A DNA stretch of 64,000 bases, taken from NCBI RefSeq assembly GCF_009914755.1, contig NC_060926.1. One strand, written 5' to 3'. A program made the position numbers and the translations under genes. The notes under the pieces are model-generated. The model worked only from the letters and a program-made list of their open reading frames with translations. It made no database searches and was not told the DNA's origin. The DNA is from the human T2T-CHM13v2.0 reference genome, Homo sapiens. Shown here piece after piece: positions 42,571-64,000 of this stretch. Each line of letters opens with the position of its first letter. The stretch's first letter is position 1.

Positions 42571-43428
42571 TAACTCAAGTTATGCTATGTAAGGATTACT
42601 ACGGGGAAGCAGATAGAGATCTTTCCTTTTATCTGGTTTCCTCTACTTACATCTGTGACTATTTTAATGAGGGTGGTTGGCACACAGTAACCCTAAATAG
42701 AACTCTTCAATAGAGGTCACCTTAACATGACCTGGTTTTATGATCAAAGGTACCATATACTATGAAGATATTTTTAAACTGTTTAATCAATCAATGTAAC
42801 ATTTTATATGAATGTAAAACAGGTTTCTGGCTCTGTTCCTTTGTTTACAATTTTGCTAGATCTCATTCTCTCCTCTTGGCCTTTCTTTCAATCAGGAATA
42901 TCCTGCTGGGAGTTGGGAGGGAAAAGAGAAGCTGATGTTCTGAACGAAGAAAAGATGCAGCAAGAAAGCTAGATTGTCTTCTATCACACTCTATAGATCA
43001 CCTTCCCATTAGCCTCTCCCTAGGAACTGATGACCCAACCAGTTGATTCTCATAATAATACAAGGCAAAGAAATTCTCTGCACATTACCCAAGCTACTTA
43101 CACTGAAACAACAAAGGAACTAATGTGGGGGTTAAAGCCAAGCAGGAAGCTCAGACATGTCCTCCACTGCAATGGTGGGAGTAAACAGGCCCCGGGGTTT
43201 CAGGAGCTGGTGACAGCACTGATGGGCTGCCCTTCCTTTAGCAGCCCATTTTGGCATTCTGGTAAAGTCTACTTCTTCTAGAAAAATAGTTGCTCGCATT
43301 ATTCCATTGTTGGCTTTACATCATTCCTGGACATATGGAACTTTTACTATGAGCCCATGATGCAATAGGCCCAATGTGGTGCCTAAGAAGTATCCAGCCC
43401 ACCATCAGTAGAAGATACTACAATCTGC

Positions 43429-43456
43429 TGAATGAATGAATGAATGAATGAATGAA
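43429..43456. repeat. (TGAA)n STR
   Basis: About 7 perfect units. Confidence 0.9.
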
Positions 43457-43740
43457 TAAAAGTCATAGCCTCTGCTTCTATGACTATACAGTACATAGTT
43501 TGGTGCCCAGTGCTGAGTGAAGAAGGTTGTTTGTATGTCGTGAATAAGGATCTGTAACAGTGTGGCCATGGAAAGTTTAGGTGGTGGTCAGGTGCAGTGG
43601 CTCACGCCTGTAATCCCTGCACTTTGGGAGGCCGAGGCGGGTGGATCACCTGAGGTCAGGAGTTTGAGATTTGGCCAGGAGCCTGGCCAACATGATGAAA
43701 CCCTGTCTCTACTAAAAACACAAAACATTAGCCGGGCGTG

Positions 43741-44316
43741 TGTGTGGAGGAAAAGTTAAATATTAAATTTGAACTCAATTGAACATGGACACAAACAATG
43801 GTCACCAAGTCCTGAAACAGGTTGAGTGAGCCCCTTGAGGCATTCATCCAGCGCTGTTTCAGAGAAATCTCTATTTCAATCTATTCTTACATGTCAGTTA
43901 TTGAAAAACAATAGACAATCGCAAAAACAAGTTGTGACCTTTTTGTGTTCCTTAAGCCCAGTCACGAAGGCACTTGTGACTGGGTCTCATGCCAAACAAC
44001 TTGTTACAAAAACAGCTAGAGTCCCAGACTGCACCGAAACTTCATGAGACCTTCCCTCGCTGTGCATGGACCAGTGGCTGACTCTGGAGCACAGGCTGTT
44101 GCTTCCCGGTCTGGTGATGAATCCTCCATAGTTTGGTGAGTGTAAAAAAAAATATATATATATCTTTTCCCTTCTCCCCTTTTCATTGCAATTTGTTTAT
44201 TGTATCATTTGTTTATTATATCTGCATTGCCTTTTACGTGGGATAAAGCTTGTTTACCCTTAAAGGTATTGTGTGTGTGTTTTTCTTCCCCCCTTAGGCA
44301 TCTCCCGCACAGAACA
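43741..44316 (+). mobile_element. LTR10-family (HERV-I/HERVIP10) solo LTR inserted into an Alu (Alu halves about 43588-43740 and 44317-44490)
   Basis: tg...aaaagttaaatattaaatttgaactcaattgaac start, ...cagaaca end; 5-bp TSD gcgtg/gcatg. Confidence 0.8.
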
Positions 44317-44484
44317 GCATGGTGGCGGGTGCCTGTAATCCCAGCTATTCAGGAGGCTTGAGGCAGGAGAATCGCTTGAACCTGGGAGGCAGAGGTTGCA
44401 GTGAGCAGAGACTGCATCAGAGCAGCCTGGGTGACAGAGTAAGATTCTGTGAAAGAAAAGTGAAGAAAAAAGAGAAGAGAAGAG

Positions 44485-46410
<1,926 letters not shown>

Positions 46411-46605
46411 AAACAGAAACAGGAGGTAGATTTGGCCCACAGACTGAAGTTTAGAGACTCCTCCTTAATAGGAAGAACTAAATACCATATTGGACAAACT
46501 TAAACAAAATATCATTACTATAGAGCCTTGAGAAAACAGATTTTTCTTTATAAGATGCTAACTCCTTAAATGAAATAGTGGCCACCACAATTACTGAAGG
46601 AATAC

Positions 46606-46696
46606 CTTAAAGACCCACACAACCACAGCTTTTTGAAAGACCAGGGCTGCATTTACAATGACAGGAGAAACAGACACAGCTTCCGTGTTGCCTGAA
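46606..46696 (-). CDS. Putative exon B of an N-terminally extended LIMS3/4 transcript (SSGNTEAVSVSPVIVNAALVFQKAVVVWVFK)
   Basis: Acceptor ttcttctgttgtttatgccag|, donor AAG|gtattc, 91 nt; open in the frame set by the phase-2 end of exon A. Confidence 0.55.
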
Positions 46697-47390
46697 CTGG
46701 CATAAACAACAGAAGAAATGAACAGTGTCAGATTGGCACACATCTGCCTGGCCAGGGCCTCATTCCCACACTCCGTCCGTTCTCCCAAAAGGATTCCCCA
46801 CCCACCACCCCCCAGATGGCTAGTATCCAACCATCAGGGCTCAATCCTAAGCAAAATATTGAACTAGCTGTTTTCTTCTCACTGGCCTGGTATCTGCAAA
46901 GCTAACCATCCGGCTGCCCTACCTTCAACTTTCCTTCCAAACATAGTACTCCTCAGTCTCTCCTTCCTCCTAGCCTATACAAAGTCAAAGTTTATGTTAA
47001 TTTTATTAAAGCTATGCCAACAACAACAAAAAGTCTCAAATCATATCTAAGACATACCAGGTGACAAAAATTCATTTATAAACAAAAAAGTTTGGATAAA
47101 GTAGACATTTTTTTAGTTTACTATGAACTGATGATATACTGGCAAACTTACTAGATGGAGGGCTTTGAGCCAGCTACTTACACATCATGTCCTAATCTAT
47201 GAAATAGCCCACGCTGCAGTTGTAGGGATGAGGGGTAAAGTTCATAAGCCACCCAGTGCACAGCCAACCACAGTGGGTGCTCATAATTGGTAGCTATTCC
47301 TAGGATGATGAGAAACAAGGATATATTAGAAAACATTCAGAATTCATCTGTAGAACAGGTGGGAGAAGGCTTTAAAAAAATAGCATTTCT

Positions 47391-48901
<1,511 letters not shown>

Positions 48902-49534
48902 AACATGCCCTTTCTTTACATACATCCCTAATGGGGAAAGTAAAATCTGAGACCTAACTGAATTCCATTGATCTGTTCTGTAAATCATTTTACATTTATG
49001 TTAATCTTCCAAAAAGTGTGCTCCCATTTTCCTCACCTCTTATTTTTAAAATGTTGTCATCATATATAACACCAGACTCCTGAGCCACCCTCTGGCTTTT
49101 CTGCTCCTTCCACAGCTACAGCTCATCTTCCATGGACCCTTTCATTTCCTCCTTTGGAAATTAAAGACAGCACATGCTCATTTATCTCACACTCTTTTGT
49201 AAGAATTACAAATTAACTCGTATTAATACTAAGAGTATTAATTATCGCTAATTAGAAATAAGCTGAGAAAGATAAAGTACTATACAAATGTTGGCCGCTG
49301 AATGCCTACAGGGACACAGGAAGTCAAAACAGTATCAGGTCTTTCTATGTCTGCGGCAGAATGCCAAAGCCCTGACACACATCCTTTTAGCAGCTTTAAG
49401 TCACTTCTGCAAGTGAGTACAAGGGGATCATCCCTTACTCCTGATCTTTGCTCTCAGGGGACCACTTCAGCATAAGCCTTCCACCCTCCACAGATAACCT
49501 CAGGTTCTCCTGAAGCCTCTAGATCTTATTTGAC

Positions 49535-50702
49535 ATTTTATTATAGGTGCAACTTCTTGTGGCCTGTTCTTCCATCTTCAAAGCACATTACTCTGACCTC
49601 TGTTTCCATCCTCACATTCCTTTCTCCTCTTTCTGATCCTCCTGCATCCCTCTTATAAGGACGACTGTGACTCCCTCGGGCCCCCAGATCATCCAGGATC
49701 ATCTCCCATCTAAAGGTTCTTAACCATATTTGCAAAGTCCCTTTGCCATGTAAGTAACATATTCACAGGTTTTGGGGAGTAGGATCTGGACATATTTGGG
49801 GGCCATTATTCAGCCCACCACATGTCCTTCTTACACGCCTCCATCCTTTCTTTTCCTTCTGGTGCTACAAGATGTTCCAGCCTTATTTTGTGTATTCCTG
49901 GCTCCAGACCTAGAATTTCTCAGGCGTTTCTCCAGAAATACTGGGGTGTCACTGCTTCTAGGGCTTCTCAGAAGACAGAGTGAAAAAATATAGCTAAACA
50001 GATTAGTGTATTATACATGTGTATACATAGACACGCACACATTCATACTGATACCTCCCACTCTACTCCACAAGGCTCATTCTAACTTCCCCCCTTGCTT
50101 ATTTGTAACTTTTTTCTCTGAGAGTGAGACCCCAACTTTCATTATCTACAACATATCTATCTATTTATTATACTTGTAGTTTCAAAATTACTGAGAAACA
50201 AATTTACTACCTAGAATACTGTGTTAATATACAATTTTCTTTAGTTTTACAGTATCCAGTCAAAAGGCTGTCTTCCAAAATTGCTTAGGTCAGCTACTTC
50301 TCCATGCAACTCTTTCAGTGAGGCTGTATCATGCGTTTGTAATATTGTTAGATTCATTTGTTATAGCCTGCTTTCTCCACAGGACTTCCTAACAGCCTAT
50401 TTCTTTTTTTTTTTTTTTTTTGAGATGGAGTCTTGCTCTGTCACCAGGCTGGAGTGCAATGGCACTATCTTGGCTCACTTGCAACCTCCACCTCCTGGGT
50501 TCAAGTGATTCTCCTGCCTCAGCCTCCAGAGTAGCTGGGACTACAGGCGCCCGCCACCACGCCCAGCTAATTTTTGTATTTTTAGTAGAGATGGGGTTTC
50601 ACCATGCTGGCCAGGCTGGTCTTGAACTCCCGACCTCAGGCGATCCACCTGCCTCCGCCTCCCAAAATGCTGAGTTTACAGGCATGAGCCACCCGCCCGG
50701 CC
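49535..50702 (-). mobile_element. MLT1-type LTR fragment (about 49535-49820), old L1-like sequence and AluS (about 50400-50702)
   Basis: ctcttataaggacgactgtgact...ggggccattattcagccc; Alu consensus. Confidence 0.7.
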
Positions 50703-51614
50703 AGCCTGGTTCATTTTTCAAATTTGCGTGCACTAAAGTCCACTCTTTGTGGTGTACAGATCCATGTGTAGTTGTGTGTTTCTGGGCTTTTTATTCTGTT
50801 CCAGTGGTCAATCTGTCTCTTCATATGACAGTATCATACACTTTCCTAAAAGAGGATCTAGAAGTGTTTTTAATACCTGACAAGCTATTCTCTCTCCACA
50901 GCTTTTTATTCCAGGGTTCTTCTAGTTGTTCTTATGTTTAATTTTTTTCATATGGACTTTGGTATCAACTTTTCAAGCTCCATTTAAAAAAGAAAGCTTG
51001 TGGAATTTTTATAGGATTGCACTAAATTGATGGTGTTGCTAAGATTCAAACATAGGCAGTTTGCTCCAACACCTACATGAAGTTTGGGGCAAAAAAGAAA
51101 AAAGTAACATTTTTGTAGTGGTATTCAGTTTTTATTAATAGAGTTCGGTTTTGTTGTTATAACTAGGCTACTTTGTATTAACCCTGGAATTGAAACTTAT
51201 TATGAAAATAATTTGCATGTAGGTTTACTAATAAAGAATCAGGCTCAAATGCACTAAAAGACAGACATGAAAATTGTGTTTCGACTACTCTGAAAATTCT
51301 TATCCCTATAATAGAAAATAATTCATCTGTGAAATGAAATAATAATCTAGAAACCCTCTGATGGCATGTAGAACTTGTTCTCAGTGGAAAACTCAGTCAA
51401 CTAATTCTCAAATGTTTGCATACTTAAATTATACCCCAAGTCATAAATAACAACCTATTAAATAAATTTGCTTTGTGTCTTTGTGCTTTATTAATTTTTT
51501 TCTCATCTGACTTCTTTCCAAAAGCACTTAAAAAGATTTAAGTCTCTAGTTACACTTTCCTTCTTCTGCAAATTTGTCAGAGTGAAAATTTATTGTGTTC
51601 TTTGAAAGAATTAC

Positions 51615-51820
51615 CTTTTGACAACTTGCACGAAGTCTTCACAAGCTTTCGCCAATTCCTCAGCCATCTTCTCCAACGAGGCAAATACTTCATTCTCCAC
51701 TTCTTTCCTCTCCATTGAGATGAGCAGATGGCAAAGCTGAACGATCATTGGTGAGATGATTCTCTCAATGCCTTTGTTCTGTATCACAGAGCTGATGTCA
51801 TCCAAGAGGAAAGACTCCAT
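51615..51820 (-). CDS. Putative upstream coding exon A (exon 51615-51830), vinculin/alpha-catenin-family N-terminal helices: MESFLLDDISSVIQNKGIERIISP...FVQVVK
   Basis: Acceptor ttctgttcacag| at 51831; ATG in GAGATGG Kozak context; donor AAAAG|gtaatt at 51614; non-repeat sequence; gapless similarity to the recalled vinculin N-terminus. Confidence 0.72.
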
Positions 51821-52129
51821 CTCTCTTAGTCTGTGAACAGAAGTTACAACATAGTTTAACTCACACTGACTGACATGTAAACCTACTTCTCTTTGACTTG
51901 ATGTTCATCTAATTTTACTTCTATGATGAGAAAGAAATCTGCAAAATATCAAAGGGATAAGTTGGGAGAGATATTTTTAGGACCTCACAAGTATGGGATA
52001 GGTTGTGGCTTAGCAGAAACATTAAAAAATGGGACAAAGGCACAATGAGATAGATTCAGAGGTGCAAACAATGGCGAATGGACTCACAAACTATATGAAA
52101 TAGAGGCAGTTTAAGAAATGGTTAATTGA

Positions 52130-56530
<4,401 letters not shown>

Positions 56531-57721
56531 AGCAGATGTCATGAACATACTTCAACAAGTAATTGAACACACTTAAATTTTAAAAATTACAATTCAAGAA
56601 AAAAAAGACATAGAAGGAAAAAATTTGAAATTTTAGAACTGAAAATATAATTAAAATAAATTCATTGAATGGGCTCAATAGCAGAATGGAGATGACAGAG
56701 GAAAGTCAATTAATTTGAACATAGATTATTACAAGTTTCTCAAACTGAACGACAAAAAGAAAATAGCTGAAAAAGAAATGAACAGAGATCCAGGAACTTG
56801 TGGGACAATAAGAAAATAGCTAACATTTTCAAGGGCTAAAATAAAAGAACTGTTCATCCTAATTCTATACCCAGTGAACTATACTTCAGGAATGAAGGGG
56901 AAATAAAAACATTTCTTGTCAAAATATAAACAAAAGTTACCCAGAAGAAACACAAAGCCTGAATGAATTATTAGCTATAGAGAGACTGAAATAATAAAGG
57001 CCTATATTTTAAAAGGTCATAGATCCAGAAGATTTTAATCCCTGAATTCTTTCTGGCCTTTAAAGAAGGAACAATTCTTACAATGCCTAAACAATTTCAG
57101 TACTTGGAAAAAGTGCAAAGCTTCATTGTTTATCTTATAAGGCTAACATTGCTTTAATTTTTAAAACTAGTAAGAAATATCAAAAAATTAGAGTATATAC
57201 CATTTTTATAAAGGGATACAGACACAAAAATTATAATCAAATTATTAGAATATGAAATCCAATGATACGGAAAAAGAATAGTACTCCTTAACTAATCAGG
57301 GTTTGAGGAATGAGAGGGTGCTTCAACATTACAAACTCAACTGACCAGGATTCCTTGGACAAATGGCTGATTCAAGGACTGTAGCAGGAATAGAGAAGGT
57401 AAGCACAGAATCTCTTGAAATGACAGGAAATAAAGAAGTGCTCCCAAACAAAACCAAACCCACTTTGAGGGAGGTTTGTCAAAGGCACACAGGAGCAAGT
57501 GAAAGAACTTCCAGTGGCCAAAGGAGGCATGATTGGAGCAACACCATAAAGTAACACTGGATTCTAATCCAAAGTATGAAATAAGTATCTATGAACAATG
57601 ATTGAGAAAATAAATAAATAGGGGAGACAAACCTCTCATGCAGAAGAATTCTAAATGATTGATGTCGATATTTCACCCTCAAACAGTGGAGAGCATAACT
57701 CTCCAATCCTTAAGTGTGGGC

Positions 57722-58343
57722 TGGAAAGGGATCGGGATCCCGATCCACACCCTAAGAGAGGATTCTTGAATCTTGCACAAGAAAGAATTCAGGATGAATC
57801 TGCAGTGCAAAGCAAAAGCAAGTTTATTAAAGAAAGTAAAGTAGTGAAAGCACAGCTACTCCATAGACAGAGCAGGGCGTTCCTGAAAGCAAAAGGAGGA
57901 ACGCTTCCACCGTAGATACAATGTTGGTATACACACACACACACACACGATAAATACATACATATGTGTATATATGAGATAAATACATACATATGTGTAT
58001 ATATATACACACACATATGTATATATATGATAAAAAAATCTTGGGGAGATGTGCTCTGCTACAGGGGTTTGTGATAAAGCATTAATTTTCCTAATTACTG
58101 TATTTTGCAAGAATCGATATGTTTAAAGCAAAATTAGGAATGCCCTTATTCTCCAGATATCGGGATATCTGGACACTCCCGAGTCTGCATCTGTTTAGTA
58201 AACATTATTAATCTGTTCCCTTAACCATAAACATCTAGGGGCTAGGAATTCCTCACTTTCTGGGAATGCAGCCCAGGAAGCCTCAGACACATTTTCCTAG
58301 CCCTCACTCAAAATGGAGTCACTCCAGTTCAAACACCTCTGAC
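57722..58343 (-). mobile_element. MER41-family ERV1 solo LTR with an internal TA/CA low-complexity tract (about 57930-58030), inserted in old L1 sequence
   Basis: Minus strand starts tgtcagaggtgtttgaactggagtgactccattttg and ends ...gatcgggatcccgatccctttcca, MER41-like termini. Confidence 0.75.
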
Positions 58344-59072
58344 ATAAGGACTTCCTTCCAAAGAGTACAGTAAGGAAAGGGAAAGAAAGAGGGACTTTTC
58401 TGTGGAGAAACGTAATGGACACCGTCTCAGCCAGGTGATCAAGGTCAGCATCAACAGGAATAAATCTCACCAGTATCCCCAAAACTGTCAAGGTCATCAG
58501 AAACAAGAAAAGTCTTAGAAACTGTCACAGCCAAGCGGAGCGTAAGGACAGATGACAACTAAATGTAATGTGATGTCCTGGATGACATCCTCGAACAGAA
58601 AATAATATTAGGCAAAAACTAAGGAGATCTGGATAAAATATTCACACTAGCTAATAATAACAAATCAATATTAGTTGAGTAATTGTTGCAAATACACCAT
58701 ACTCGTGTAAGATGTTGGTTATAGGAGACAATTGAGTACAGGGCATATAGGTGCTCTTTGTACGAATTTCTTAATTTTTCTGTAAGTACAAAACTGTCCA
58801 AAAAGTTAAGACTATTTTTTTAAAAAATTCAACTATCACAATATATTAAATCAACAATTTAAACTAGGATAATACGATTAAATCAATAAATACTAAAAAG
58901 CTTGTTTCTGATCTTTTTTCAAAGTTTCCAAGTAAAATGATTAAATATGATTCGTCATCAAGAGAAAGCTTTATACTAAACAGTAAAACACAGAGCCAAT
59001 TTTATCCATCAGTTTCAAGCTGAAATATCAGCTGCCACCATTATTAAACATATTTTTTCAAAATTCTACTCA

Positions 59073-60948
<1,876 letters not shown>

Positions 60949-61741
60949 TCACTTCTTGTATTGCCTTGGGAGACATCTGGCCATTGGTACTCATTTCTGT
61001 TCTGGGTCGAAGGGACCTCACCTTCTTTTCCACCAGCCATGAGGCAGGAAGGCCTCAACTGGTATCCCTGAAAGGGGGAGAGTTGGACTCTTGCCACAAG
61101 TCAGGTATCTCACCTACTTCTCTCTCCCCTCTTGTGACCTTTTCTCAACTACTGCCCCCTAGTGTGGTTCCAATGGTAAATGACGGATTTGGAAGAGGAA
61201 ATAGACATCCCTTCTCCGGTGGGTTTGGGATTGGAGTCAGAATGGCCACTGTGAGGACACCTGGTGATCCCTGGACCCTCACCAAGACAAGACTCAGAGG
61301 GACACCAAGCAGCAGGGGGAAGTCAAGAGAGAATAAAATGCTAAAGACTTTTTGCTTTAGGAGTTGAAGAGATATATATTTGATATATATTTATTATGTT
61401 TGGAAACCATAAAATGAAATCAATAGGATGAATGAATGGCTTTTATTCTTGTTAAACAAGTATTTATTTGGTACCCACTACATGCTTTGTATAGTTGGCT
61501 CAACCTTCAAACTCTACCCATTATGAAGCCACTGTTTACCATGTCCACTGCCTATCTCTAATCTAGCCACCTTCACCTCTCACCTGGAGCGTGGGAACAC
61601 ACTACATCTATAACAGAAAATTATTGTTTAGAAACAACCCCATTGTTCCGCTATTACAGATAACAGTAGTAAATGTCTTTGCTGTAGATCACCCTTGTTT
61701 CTTTTTTAATTTTAATTTTTTATTTTATATATATATGTGTC

Positions 61742-62372
<631 letters not shown>

Positions 62373-62989
62373 TTGACTCTTGTTTCTTCTTAAAAATTTC
62401 ATTAGAGTAAGTTTGAAACATGAGATTACTTGGTCAAATGATATGAAGCCTTTATGGCTCTTGCTCTGTGTTATCCTCTTGCTTTTTCAAAGGGCCGTGA
62501 GCTAACAGGGAGCAGTTCATGACGAACTTCTACTAAAAGTATCACCATTTTTGTTTTCTTATTTTATAGGTATAAAACGATACATAAAATTCAAATTTAT
62601 TTTATAATTTTTGATACTGTTGTATCAAAAAATCTGAGTCTGATTCCTAAGGGAGATGAAACAGCATGAGTCATGTGTGTAGGGAAAGAGAAGAAGGGAG
62701 CTTTTCCAGGTTGATTTGCAGTTTCTTGTTCAAGAAGCTCACCAGATGGTCGAACAAGTGACAGGAAGAAGATAGTTGAAAAGGGCGTTAACGTTTGGGA
62801 AAGGTGGATCATTGAATTAATGAACTGAATTGAATTCATTTATAAAGAAAGCATGAGATCCAGGTAGAAATCAGCTATAAATCTAAAGCATAGATCAGAA
62901 GATTCTAGCAAACTGAAACCACAGCGAGCTGTCACTACACTTTTATTAAAATGGTTAAAATAAGAAGTGGTGACAACTCACTAAAGAGT

Positions 62990-64000
<1,011 letters not shown>

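Noticed and set aside
50420-50941. 173-aa ORF, plus the 175-aa ORF at 60840-61367 and many similar ones
   Set aside because: They begin in Alu sequence and translate typical Alu peptides; no recognisable domain.
62597-62839. 80-aa minus-strand ORF with a single AP-1 site at 62667-62673
   Set aside because: No recognisable protein similarity; a lone motif is not enough evidence.

Overview
Primate, very likely human, genomic DNA dense in Alu, L1, LTR and DNA-transposon remnants. The minus strand carries a LIMS1 (PINCH1)-derived paralog, LIMS3/LIMS4 (PINCH-3), known from the 2q13 segmental duplication. It is identified by the MAFSGRARPC first coding exon, T instead of K in LIM1 (APAETIVNS) and the short E-R-T-stop terminal exon. 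All exon borders below were read by hand and are GT-AG. They give a short 117-aa isoform with a truncated LIM1 and a long 398-aa five-LIM isoform ending in an alternative terminal exon (...KKKKPVCL). I could not find the canonical LIMS1 last exon in the window. The most notable signal is an exon at 51615-51830 whose ORF aligns without gaps to vinculin head helices 1-2. Three further splice junctions (via 46606-46696, 39569-39654 and a 5' extension of the first LIMS exon to 39371) join it in frame to the LIM coding region, predicting a chimeric vinculin-fragment/PINCH protein of 286 or 567 aa. Repeat coordinates are approximate and subfamily calls come from recalled consensus sequences, not a search.
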